Assembly (NCBI GenBank): GCA_003222275.1
Contig: QHVJ01000096.1
Span: forward strand, 1 to 13,075
Direction: 5' to 3'
From: Acidobacteriota bacterium
Lineage (GTDB): Bacteria; Acidobacteriota; Vicinamibacteria; Fen-336
Length of the DNA: 13,075 nt
The position numbers and the translations under genes are program-made. Every line of letters starts with the position of its first letter. The first letter of the stretch is position 1. Shown in pieces: positions 7,946 through 13,075 of this stretch. The notes under the pieces were generated by a model. The model had not been told where the DNA came from and searched no databases. It saw only the letters and a program-made list of their open reading frames with translations.

Positions 7946-7955
7946 TGATTACGAA
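7911..7955 (-). tRNA. 3' fragment of a tRNA-Thr(CGT) gene (anticodon loop to CCA); an att-type direct repeat left by an integrative element
   Basis: The minus-strand sequence is TTCGTAA-TCATC-AGGTC-CTCGG-TTCAATC-CCGAG-CGCCGGC-T-CCA. This has a canonical T-arm, acceptor 3' strand, discriminator and CCA. The sequence upstream has no matching 5' acceptor, D-arm or anticodon 5' strand. Confidence 0.6.
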
Positions 7956-8062
7956 TCCGTGTCTTCGTCGATGTTGCTAGAACGTCCTGCAACGTCTTGA
8001 AACCAGCAACCCCAGAAAGCCCTTGCCGTTAGCGGTTGAGATGTGGTTCGATCGCTCTCCTG

Positions 8063-8108
8063 CAGTTTCGACCAGTTTCGGTCGCGGTGTTACCCCGGTG
8101 TTACCCCG
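8063..8108 (+). repeat. short direct repeats upstream of the integrase start: 'cagtttcg' twice (8063-8080) and the tandem 11-mer 'gtgttaccccg' twice (8087-8108); candidate arm-type or regulatory sites
   Basis: Read directly from the sequence, 45-90 bp upstream of the integrase ATG at 8155. Confidence 0.5.
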
Positions 8109-8154
8109 CGGGAGTCGCTGATGTTCTTTCAGCGTGTCCGTGGTCGAGGTGTCG

Positions 8155-8650
8155 ATGCCGACGGTGAAGCTGACCGCTCGCACGGTCGAAGCTGCGCGTC
8201 CGCCTAGGTCGGGTCGCCTCGAACTGTCCGACGTTGACCTCCCAGGCTTCTGCATTCGCATTACACGCAACGATCGACGCACGGCCTGTCTTCTACCGTG
8301 TCGGTTCGCGATTGCGCCGTGCGACGCTCGGCACGCTTCCACCGCCTGGCGGATGCTCGTCAGCTCGCGCGCGAGGCGCTCCGCGATGCTGCGCTCGGGT
8401 ACGATCCCGCCTCGGCTAAACGCGAGGCTCGCGAAGCGTTGACGGTCGCTGTCCTGGTCAGGGACTACATCGAAGCCGATTCGGGTCGTCGCAGTTCCGC
8501 CACTAACGGCGACTACCGACGCACACTCAAGGCGGTCGTCGAGAGGTCACCCATCGGGCAGCAAGCGGCCGCTCAGGTGGCCCGCGGCGAGCTACGCGCC
8601 TTCCTTGAAGGCACTGCCCGCAAGACTCCGATCCGGGCAAATCGCGTCCG
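8155..8650 (+). pseudogene. int: tyrosine integrase (P4-like, DUF4102 arm-binding N-terminus) that is frameshifted and truncated, leaving only the N-terminal ~160 aa in two frames
   Basis: The first frame gives 'MPTVKLTARTVEAARPPRSGRLELSDVDLPGFCIRITRNDRRT' (DUF4102 pattern). Near 8280-8330 it shifts to a second frame giving 'LADARQLAREALRDAALGYDPASAKREAREA...YRRTLKAVVERSPIGQQAAAQVARGELRAFLEGTARKTPIRANRVRQ' (integrase SAM-like N-domain). No catalytic domain (R..HxxR..Y) follows. Confidence 0.7.
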
Positions 8651-8909
8651 GCAGCCGAAGCCATGCCCGCTGCGTGACGAGTCCAACATTGCGAGCCGCC
8701 AAGTCGTAGAGAGGACCTCGAAAGCCCTTCCATCGGACACCTTCCAGCAGAAAGACCCTGAAGCGCCGAAAGTCCTCCGAGAGGGCCTCGTAGAAAGCAG
8801 CCGAGCCGATATGGAACATCGGATAGAGCGTGATCCGCAGATCGTGGTCCGGATGGCGCATCGCCGTACGGCCGACGGCCGCGAGGTCGCCTCGCACGAA
8901 CTCGACCAT
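8592..8909 (-). CDS. hypothetical protein or fragment (105 aa), with weak resemblance to the TraB/GumN/Tiki superfamily N-terminus
   Basis: 'DLRITLYPMFHIGSAAFYEALSEDFRRFRVFLLEGV' resembles the GxxH...E motifs of that superfamily. It is far shorter than family members and lies in the lower-GC accessory region. Confidence 0.3.
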   Translation of the reverse strand: MVEFVRGDLAAVGRTAMRHPDHDLRITLYPMFHIGSAAFYEALSEDFRRFRVFLLEGVRWKGFRGPLYDLAARNVGLVTQRAWLRLPDAICPDRSLAGSAFKEGA

Positions 8910-8912
8910 TGC

Positions 8913-9107
8913 CTAGACCCTTCGGCGTCCGACTCCTGCGTGCTGGCTGCCCTCGTGAGCTCGACGCCGACGGCCATCCACCAACCGCAGTCGGGTTTCG
9001 ATGTCGGCGGTCTCCTCAGTCGACAGGCCAAGAAAGTCCTGCGTCGTCCCGAACCACCAACCCCGCCTTTCGAGCCTCTTTTTCTTCGCCCTATGCATCC
9101 TTGCCAT
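8913..9107 (-). CDS. hypothetical small basic protein (64 aa)
   Basis: The ORF lies immediately upstream of the 8592-8909 ORF on the same strand, with a 3-nt gap. 'WFGTTQDFLGLSTEETADIETRLRLV' is non-repetitive and possibly HTH-like. There is no confident family match. Confidence 0.3.
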   Translation of the reverse strand: MARMHRAKKKRLERRGWWFGTTQDFLGLSTEETADIETRLRLVDGRRRRAHEGSQHAGVGRRRV

Positions 9108-9206
9108 CCCTCTCGTCGGCTTCGGCGGTCCTTCGCGCCCGCTCTCTGCGCTGCAACGTTCGCTTACATTACCACCGTGCCGGTACGCGTTAGAGGCTAC
9201 TGAATC

Positions 9207-9536
9207 TCAGCCTTCAATCCTCGAAGATCGCAGGCGCGCGAGCTCTTCAACACTCCGTTCGGCCTCCGTGCCAGCCTCTTCCCATTCGTCGGCGCCGACA
9301 CTTCGAAGCTCAGCGAGAAGCTCGTCCTCCGGGACCTTGACGTCGGTTCGGCTCGCCCAATGGGCCAGCAGCCGCAGTATCCCGAAGGTCGGTGGCCCAA
9401 GCATGTCGATGAGGATTCGGAGGCCTTCCAGGGACACGGAGCGGAAGGCGGGGGTATACCGCTTTTTAGCTTGCAGTACCCCGATGTTGGATCGGTACGC
9501 CTCCCGTGAGCACGCCAACGTAATATGCTCACACAT
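9207..9536 (-). CDS. hypothetical protein (109 aa)
   Basis: This is a non-low-complexity ORF in the lower-GC region. The overlapping plus-strand ORF is Ser/Arg-rich and looks spurious. There is no recognisable SD. Confidence 0.25.
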   Translation of the reverse strand: MCEHITLACSREAYRSNIGVLQAKKRYTPAFRSVSLEGLRILIDMLGPPTFGILRLLAHWASRTDVKVPEDELLAELRSVGADEWEEAGTEAERSVEELARLRSSRIEG

Positions 9537-9809
9537 ACAGGCGTAAGTGGAAGGAAGCTCACGACCACCATGGCGCCACGCGGGCTCTCACAACAGCGAG
9601 CACGCGGGGGGCGTGAGGAACCGTAGCCCCACCAGCAAGCGCCCGGGGCATTTCGAGGACGGTGACGCCGGCGTGTGACTCGCGGTCGCCGGAGGCGACG
9701 TCCTGGCGCCGGTGCTGTTCAACCGCATGACCTTGGAGCGCGTCGGTCCTCTCAATAGCGAGAGACGTTCCGAGCGTGTGTCTCGTTTCTGGGAGGGGCA
9801 CCAACAGCA

Positions 9810-9842
9810 GGAGGGCGGCGGCCATCGCCGCCGCCGCCCTCC
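9810..9842 (-). terminator. GC-rich hairpin (13-bp stem: ggagggcggcggc / gccgccgccctcc) 5 nt downstream of the SPFH gene stop; candidate intrinsic terminator
   Basis: A perfect inverted repeat is read directly. It is followed on the minus strand by a modestly T-rich stretch (TGCTGTTGGTG). Confidence 0.45.
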
Positions 9843-9847
9843 ACGCT

Positions 9848-10957
9848 TTACAGCAGCTTGACCACCCGATCGGCGAGGCCCTTCTCGCCGAGGACGACCG
9901 TCAGGTTGGCCTTCTCCGACACCTTCTCCAGCACCTCGAGCTCACGCAGACGCATCAGGGTGGGGCTCGACTCGAGGATCTTGGCCGTGTTGGCCTGCGA
10001 CCGCATGGCGGCGGTCTCCTCGCGGCGCGTGATGAGGGCGGCTTCGGCCGCCTTCTTGGCCTCGGTCACCTTGTTCATGAGGTCCTTCATCTCGCCGGGC
10101 AGGATGACGTCGCGGATGCCGAGCGCCACGACGTCGATGCCGAAGCCGGCGACTCGGACCCGCACGATACCGTCCAGCTCGCGGGCGAGGGCGTCCTTGT
10201 CGCTCAGGAGAACGTCCAGCTCACGCGTGCCGATGACAGCACGCAGCGCGAGCTGCGCCTCGCGGTAGAGAGCCTGGCGGTAGTCCTCTACCGTGGTGAC
10301 GGCCTTCAGGGGATCGGCGACCTTGAAGGTCACCACTGCATTCATGCGCAGCGTGACCTTGTCGGCAGTCATGATCTCCTGGCCGGCGATGTCCACGACC
10401 TGCTCGCGCAGGTCCACGTCGAGGATGCGGGCCTTGGCAACGCCCTTCCAGAAGGCGTGGGCGCCGGGGGCCAGCGTGGCCTCGTGGCGGCCGTCCTTGA
10501 AGAAGAGTCCGGCGTGGCCGGCCTCCATCGTCACCGCCTCCAGAAGCGGCGCGGCGCCGCGGGCCTCGGCGATAACGGCGAGGTCCTTGTGGTCGAAGCG
10601 CACCTCACGGGCATCGAAGACCGCGACCCGCACGTCGTGGAAAACCGTCCACAGCGCGTAAAGGCCCGGCTTCAGGACCATCTCCACGCGGCCGTCGATC
10701 CACACGACGGCGCGCTCGTAGTCCTTGAGGTCGACCACGCGCGCCTCTCCGCCCAGCGCGCCCGACTTGGCGATGACGTCCAGGTCGGCGTGCTCCAGCC
10801 ACGCGTCACGCACCGACACGACGTCCACGCGGATCTTGCACAGAAGATCCCACATGAAATGACGACCGGGACCGCGGACGTCCTTGAACTGGCGGTCCTT
10901 GAAGAGCAGACCGCGCTCGTGCTCACGAACCTTGAACCAACGCAGGAAAACCCACAA
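9848..10957 (-). CDS. SPFH/band-7 (stomatin/prohibitin-like, slipin-type) protein; proposed TTG start at 10957 with an AGGGGGTG SD
   Basis: 'RWFKVREHERGLLFKDRQFKDVRGPGRHFMW...LREQVVDIAGQEIMTADKVTLRMNAVVTFKVADPLKAV...' matches the SPFH domain. A coiled-coil-like C-terminus 'KVTEAKKAAEAALITRREETAAMRSQANTAKIL' follows. The longer N-terminal extension in the ORF track is Arg/Pro-rich and probably not translated. Confidence 0.85.
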   Translation of the reverse strand: MWVFLRWFKVREHERGLLFKDRQFKDVRGPGRHFMWDLLCKIRVDVVSVRDAWLEHADLDVIAKSGALGGEARVVDLKDYERAVVWIDGRVEMVLKPGLYALWTVFHDVRVAVFDAREVRFDHKDLAVIAEARGAAPLLEAVTMEAGHAGLFFKDGRHEATLAPGAHAFWKGVAKARILDVDLREQVVDIAGQEIMTADKVTLRMNAVVTFKVADPLKAVTTVEDYRQALYREAQLALRAVIGTRELDVLLSDKDALARELDGIVRVRVAGFGIDVVALGIRDVILPGEMKDLMNKVTEAKKAAEAALITRREETAAMRSQANTAKILESSPTLMRLRELEVLEKVSEKANLTVVLGEKGLADRVVKLL

Positions 10958-11219
10958 GGGACACCCCCTTTCCAATGAACGACGCCAAACGACAAGAATG
11001 GCCTCCGGGGGACGGTTCGCCGGCCGCCACGCCTCCAGCGTGGAGCGCGACTTGAGTCCCCGCCGACTTCGCTTGTTACGGGGCGTTTTGGCGGGGCCGG
11101 TATCCGCGCGCTGCAAGACGCTCTCGCGCGATGCCGGGCGTGGCCAACACGGGCCACGTCCGGCCGGCGGATCACGGCGTCCGTCCCCCGAAGACCGCAC
11201 TCACGACTCACCATTCACG

Positions 11220-11291
11220 AGTTGGCACAGGAGTCGAACCTGTGACAGCCGAGTTTCGAGCTCGGTGCTCTATCCACTGAGCTAACCCTGA
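11220..11291 (-). tRNA. tRNA-like pseudogene with a canonical D-arm, an anticodon arm (loop CTCGAAA, anticodon CGA) and a T-arm, but a non-pairing acceptor stem (5' TCAGGGT vs 3' GCCAACT) and no encoded CCA
   Basis: On the minus strand the D-arm is 'TAGCTCAGTGGATAGAGCA'. The anticodon arm is CCGAG-CTCGAAA-CTCGG. The T-arm is ACAGG-TTCGACT-CCTGT. The anticodon CGA combined with a short variable loop does not fit any standard isoacceptor. Confidence 0.45.
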
Positions 11292-11414
11292 CACCTCCCT
11301 TCGTTAGAACCCGTGCGCGGAACGCGCGCCGCCGATCACAAGGTGAGGCGACGCGCACCGCCGGCCCGGGGGTATCAGCCCTTTCGCGGCCTCGTGGCCG
11401 CCTGAACTCCAAAA

Positions 11415-11488
11415 TGGAGGTAGGTCGGGGAGTCGAACCCCGCTAACTGGCTTTGCAGGCCAGCGCCTGACCGCTCGGCCAACCCACC
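11415..11488 (-). tRNA. tRNA-Cys(GCA)
   Basis: The acceptor is GGTGGGT/ACCTACC (one G-U pair). The anticodon arm is CTGGC-CTGCAAA-GCCAG. The T-arm is CGGGG-TTCGACT-CCCCG. Discriminator T and CCA are encoded. Length is 74 nt. Confidence 0.85.
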
Positions 11489-11943
11489 GGCAACTTCCGC
11501 TGCATGCGAACCACGTGGTCCGCTGCGTGCGAGGCGGCCCAGCTCTCCGGCTTGATCAGCGCCTTGAAGCCCTGGCCGACCACGAGGCCGACGAGCTCCT
11601 TGACGTAGGCGCTGCTCTTGTGAGCCACGACGGGGTTGGCGTCGATGTGCACCGTCAGCTCCCCCTTTACGATCGGCGAGAAGTGGAGTCCGAGGTCCAC
11701 CGACTTCCAGACCTCCTTCAGGAGCCGCTCGCGCAGGGAGGTGATCCGCGGCACTGTCTCCTTGCGATACGCGACGCGACCGCCCTTCCTCGGCGTGAGG
11801 ATCACCACAACCGTCACGAACTGGGTCAGGCGCCCCGTCTGGAGAGAGTCCGTCCCGACGTGGACCGCCTGGCCGTCCCTGGTGGCATCGCTGACAAACT
11901 GGAGGATGTCGGGGATCTTGACCTCATTCAGCGTCTTCCACAT
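11443..11943 (-). CDS. YkuK/DUF458-family RNase-H-like protein; its 3' end overlaps tRNA-Cys by ~46 nt
   Basis: 'VHVGTDSLQTGRLTQFVTVVVILTPRKGG...LTVHIDANP...ALIKPESWAASHAADHVVR' follows the YkuK pattern (..GTDSQ...FVTVIVI). The last ~15 codons are encoded by the tRNA-Cys gene. Confidence 0.65.
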   Translation of the reverse strand: MWKTLNEVKIPDILQFVSDATRDGQAVHVGTDSLQTGRLTQFVTVVVILTPRKGGRVAYRKETVPRITSLRERLLKEVWKSVDLGLHFSPIVKGELTVHIDANPVVAHKSSAYVKELVGLVVGQGFKALIKPESWAASHAADHVVRMQRKLPVGWPSGQALACKAS

Positions 11944-11954
11944 CGTGACCTCGC

Positions 11955-12330
11955 TAGAGAATGGAGGAGGGCCCCGTAGCGATCGCGCAGCGATCGCGAT
12001 TGATCAGGGGCGCCGAATTCAATTCGGCGCCCCGGAAGCCTCGAACCCTGTCGACTGGTTTTCGGGACCAGTCTCTATCCGACAGAATGCCCTCCTGAAA
12101 TTGGCGGAGAGGGCCTTAGCGATCGCGAAGCGATCGCGATTGATGAGGGGCGCCGAATTCAATTCGGCGCCCCGGAAGCCTCGAACCCTGTCGACTGGTT
12201 TTCGGGACCAGTCTCTATCCGACAGAATGCCCTCCTGAAATTGGCGGAGAGGGCCTTAGCGATCGCGAAGCGATCGCGATTGATGAGGAGCGCCGAATTC
12301 ATTTCGGTGCTCGGAAGATTCGAACTCTCG
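11955..12330. repeat. 140-bp tandem repeat, ~2.6 copies; unit starts fall at 11978, 12118 and 12258, and the third copy diverges
   Basis: Each unit contains 'agcgatcgcgNagcgatcgcgattgat' (two GCGATCGC palindromes). It then has a perfect 13-bp-stem hairpin 'ggggcgccgaattcaattcggcgcccc'. It ends with tRNA-like sequence (GGATAGAG, the stem-loop GACTGGT-CCCGAAA-ACCAGTC, GGGTTCGAGG). Copies 1 and 2 are nearly identical. Confidence 0.85.
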
Positions 12331-12395
12331 TGGCCGGATGGCCTCGGCACATTAGCGGTGTGCTGGGCTCCCCACTCGCCCTTTCCTCTCCGTGA

Positions 12396-12470
12396 TGGTG
12401 GCCGACCAGGGACTCGAACCCTGAAGGTCCCGCTTAGAAGGCGGGGAAGCGTCCATCGCTCGCGTCGGCC
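12396..12470 (-). tRNA. tRNA-Arg(TCT)
   Basis: The acceptor is GGCCGAC/GTCGGCC. The anticodon arm is CCCGC-CTTCTAA-GCGGG. The T-arm is CAGGG-TTCGAGT-CCCTG. Discriminator A and CCA are encoded. Positions 8-9 are GC (unusual) and the D-stem has one G-U pair. Confidence 0.7.
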
Positions 12471-12472
12471 AA

Positions 12473-12560
12473 TGGTCCCCGCTGGAGGAGTTCAACCTCC
12501 GTCTCTCCGTCCGGTCCTCCTGCTTACGGGCAGGTGTGCTGCCAGTAACACGTCATCGAC
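12473..12560 (-). tRNA. long-variable-arm tRNA-like pseudogene (Tyr GTA-like anticodon region, 6-nt anticodon loop, no pairing 5' acceptor)
   Basis: The T-arm is GGAGG-TTGAACT-CCTCC, followed by AGCGGGG-A-CCA. The stem is CCTGC/GCAGG with loop CCGTAA. The 5' end (GTCGATG) cannot pair with the 3' acceptor. Confidence 0.3.
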
Positions 12561-12561
12561 T

Positions 12562-12635
12562 TGGTCCAGGCTCGAGGACTCGAACCTCGATTCTCCGGTA
12601 ATCGGCCGGAAGTCCTGCCGTTGGACGAAGCCTGG
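12562..12635 (-). tRNA. tRNA with a full cloverleaf and an atypical anticodon loop CCGATTA (anticodon GAT, C33, U37); Ile(GAT)-like or atypical
   Basis: The acceptor is CCAGGCT/AGCCTGG. The D-arm is GTCC-AACGGCA-GGAC. The anticodon stem is TCCGG/CCGGA. The T-arm is CGAGG-TTCGAGT-CCTCG. Discriminator A and CCA are encoded. Confidence 0.5.
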
Positions 12636-12637
12636 AT

Positions 12638-12712
12638 TGGTGCCAGCGGTGGGAGTCGAACCCACCTCGTCCCGATCAAAAGGCGGGCACGCGGCCGCTG
12701 CGTCACGCTGGC
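12638..12712 (-). tRNA. tRNA-Lys(TTT)-like with a C31-U39 mismatch in the anticodon stem and G37; a TTG reading is possible if the loop is taken as 9 nt
   Basis: The acceptor is GCCAGCG/CGCTGGC. The D-stem is ACGC/GCGT. The anticodon region is CCCGC-CTTTTGA-TCGGG. The T-arm is GTGGG-TTCGACT-CCCAC. Discriminator A and CCA are encoded. Confidence 0.5.
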
Positions 12713-12720
12713 AATGAAGC

Positions 12721-12859
12721 TGGCTGTAGGGCCGGGATTCGAACCCGGATCTTTCGGAGCGTCCGAAGTGAATTCGTCCGCTCCTCATCAATCACGATCG
12801 CTTCGCGATCGTTAGGGCCGGTTAACAGCCGGACTTGTTGCCGTTGCCACCACCCTACA
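12721..12859 (-). tRNA. 139-nt tRNA-Asn(GTT)-like gene with a ~65-nt insertion (GCGATCGC palindromes plus a 29-nt hairpin) at the variable-loop position
   Basis: On the minus strand the 5' acceptor TGTAGGG pairs 7/7 with the 3' acceptor CCCTACA, followed by G and CCA. The anticodon loop is CTGTTAA (the canonical Asn loop). The T-arm is CCGGG-TTCGAAT-CCCGG. The D-stem is imperfect. The inserted module is an inverted copy of the module in the 140-bp tandem repeats. Confidence 0.5.
12756..12815. repeat. inverted copy of the hairpin + GCGATCGC module (hairpin 12756-12784 'ggagcgtccgaagtgaattcgtccgctcc'; palindrome part 12785-12815); it lies inside the Asn-like tRNA gene
   Basis: The reverse complement of 12749-12825 aligns with the start of repeat copy 3 (12247-12320), including 'gatgaggagcg.cgaattca.ttcgg'. 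Confidence 0.7.
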
Positions 12860-12878
12860 AGCGCACGACCTGTGAGGC

Positions 12879-13016
12879 TGGCTGGCAGACGTGGATTCGC
12901 TGTCTCGACGCTCTGCGGAGCGGAGCGTCGAGGCACGGCGGATCACGCGGAGCGTGATCGCCCACCACGATTGGCGGGTTCAGAGCCCGCGGTCCTGCCG
13001 TTGGACGATCTGCCAA
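12879..13016 (-). tRNA. 138-nt tRNA-Gln(CTG)-like gene with a ~65-nt insertion (two hairpins, 12904-12931 and 12941-12959) in the variable region and a degenerate T-arm
   Basis: On the minus strand the 5' acceptor TGGCAGA pairs 7/7 with TCTGCCA, followed by G and CCA (U1-A72 and G73 are typical of Gln). The D-arm is GTCC-AACGGCA-GGAC. The anticodon arm is GCGGG-CTCTGAA-CCCGC, a canonical loop. The T-loop region is AGCGAAT, with CGAAT conserved but no pairing stem. Confidence 0.45.
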
Positions 13017-13075
13017 TGGTCGGGTCGGGAGGAGTCGAACCTCCATGCACCTGCGCCCGAGGCAGGTGGGCTACC
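13017..13075 (-). tRNA. tRNA-Pro(CGG), 3' portion; the 5' part lies beyond the window end
   Basis: On the minus strand the anticodon arm is CCTGC-CTCGGGC-GCAGG (anticodon CGG, G37). The T-arm is GGAGG-TTCGACT-CCTCC. The acceptor 3' strand is CGACCCG, followed by A and CCA. Confidence 0.7.

Noticed and set aside
8298-9203. 301-aa plus-strand ORF treated as an intact protein
   Set aside because: Only its first ~110 residues are integrase-like, and they continue from the DUF4102 frame upstream. The remainder is Ser/Arg/Pro-rich and overlaps better-looking minus-strand ORFs. I interpret it as a frameshifted integrase remnant, not a 301-aa gene.
9776-10978. 400-aa plus-strand ORF antisense to the SPFH gene
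   Set aside because: Its composition is Leu/Arg/Gly/Asp-rich and it mirrors the SPFH coding strand. There is no start context and the sequence reads like a mirrored frame.
11978-12300. GCGATCGC (HIP1) occurrences as evidence of cyanobacterial origin
   Set aside because: The palindrome occurs only inside the local repeat module. The GC content (~68%), the Tat and SPFH gene content and the codon usage do not fit cyanobacteria. The octamer is part of this repeat, not a genome-wide signature I can verify here.
11955-12330. CRISPR array
   Set aside because: The repeat units are 140 bp and directly abutting. There are no unique spacers of 25-45 bp between short repeats.
12241-12717. 158-aa plus-strand ORF and other ORFs (12492-12791, 12561-12815) across the tRNA array
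   Set aside because: They run antisense through consecutive tRNA genes and repeats, and their composition is Arg/Ser/Pro-rich. They are chance open frames in structured-RNA DNA.

Overview
This is a high-GC (~67-70%) bacterial window with two regions of lower GC. Positions 1-4650 hold a minus-strand gene string that looks like an operon: a TPR protein, a ManD/RspA-like enolase-superfamily dehydratase with a twin-arginine (Tat) N-terminus, a membrane fatty-acid-hydroxylase/sterol-desaturase-family di-iron protein, and a Tat-signal flavin amine oxidase. The operon ends 1 nt from the convergent 3' end of a partial GAF-domain gene. Positions 4650-9800 are lower in GC (~55-63%) and look accessory. 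They carry an orphan Phd/YefM-type antitoxin, a Tat-like-signal ALO/GULO-type FAD oxidase, a zinc-ribbon polytopic membrane protein and a Sel1-like gene remnant. They also carry a 3' fragment of a tRNA-Thr(CGT) gene (att-like), a frameshifted and truncated tyrosine-integrase gene with short direct repeats upstream, and a few small unknown ORFs. Positions 9848-10957 encode an SPFH/band-7 protein. Positions 11220-13075 are a minus-strand array of tRNA genes and tRNA-derived elements. It contains canonical tRNA-Cys(GCA), tRNA-Arg(TCT) and tRNA-Pro(CGG, partial), plus several atypical or pseudo tRNAs. Two of these are ~138-nt tRNA-like genes (Asn GTT and Gln CTG) with perfect acceptor stems and a ~65-nt hairpin insertion at the variable-loop position. 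The array also holds a 140-bp tandem repeat (~2.6 copies) built from the same hairpin plus GCGATCGC-palindrome module, a YkuK/DUF458 RNase-H-like gene whose 3' end overlaps tRNA-Cys, and a pseudo-tRNA with a CGA anticodon loop and an unpaired acceptor stem. All RNA folds and protein family assignments were made by eye from the sequence and ORF translations, with no searches run.
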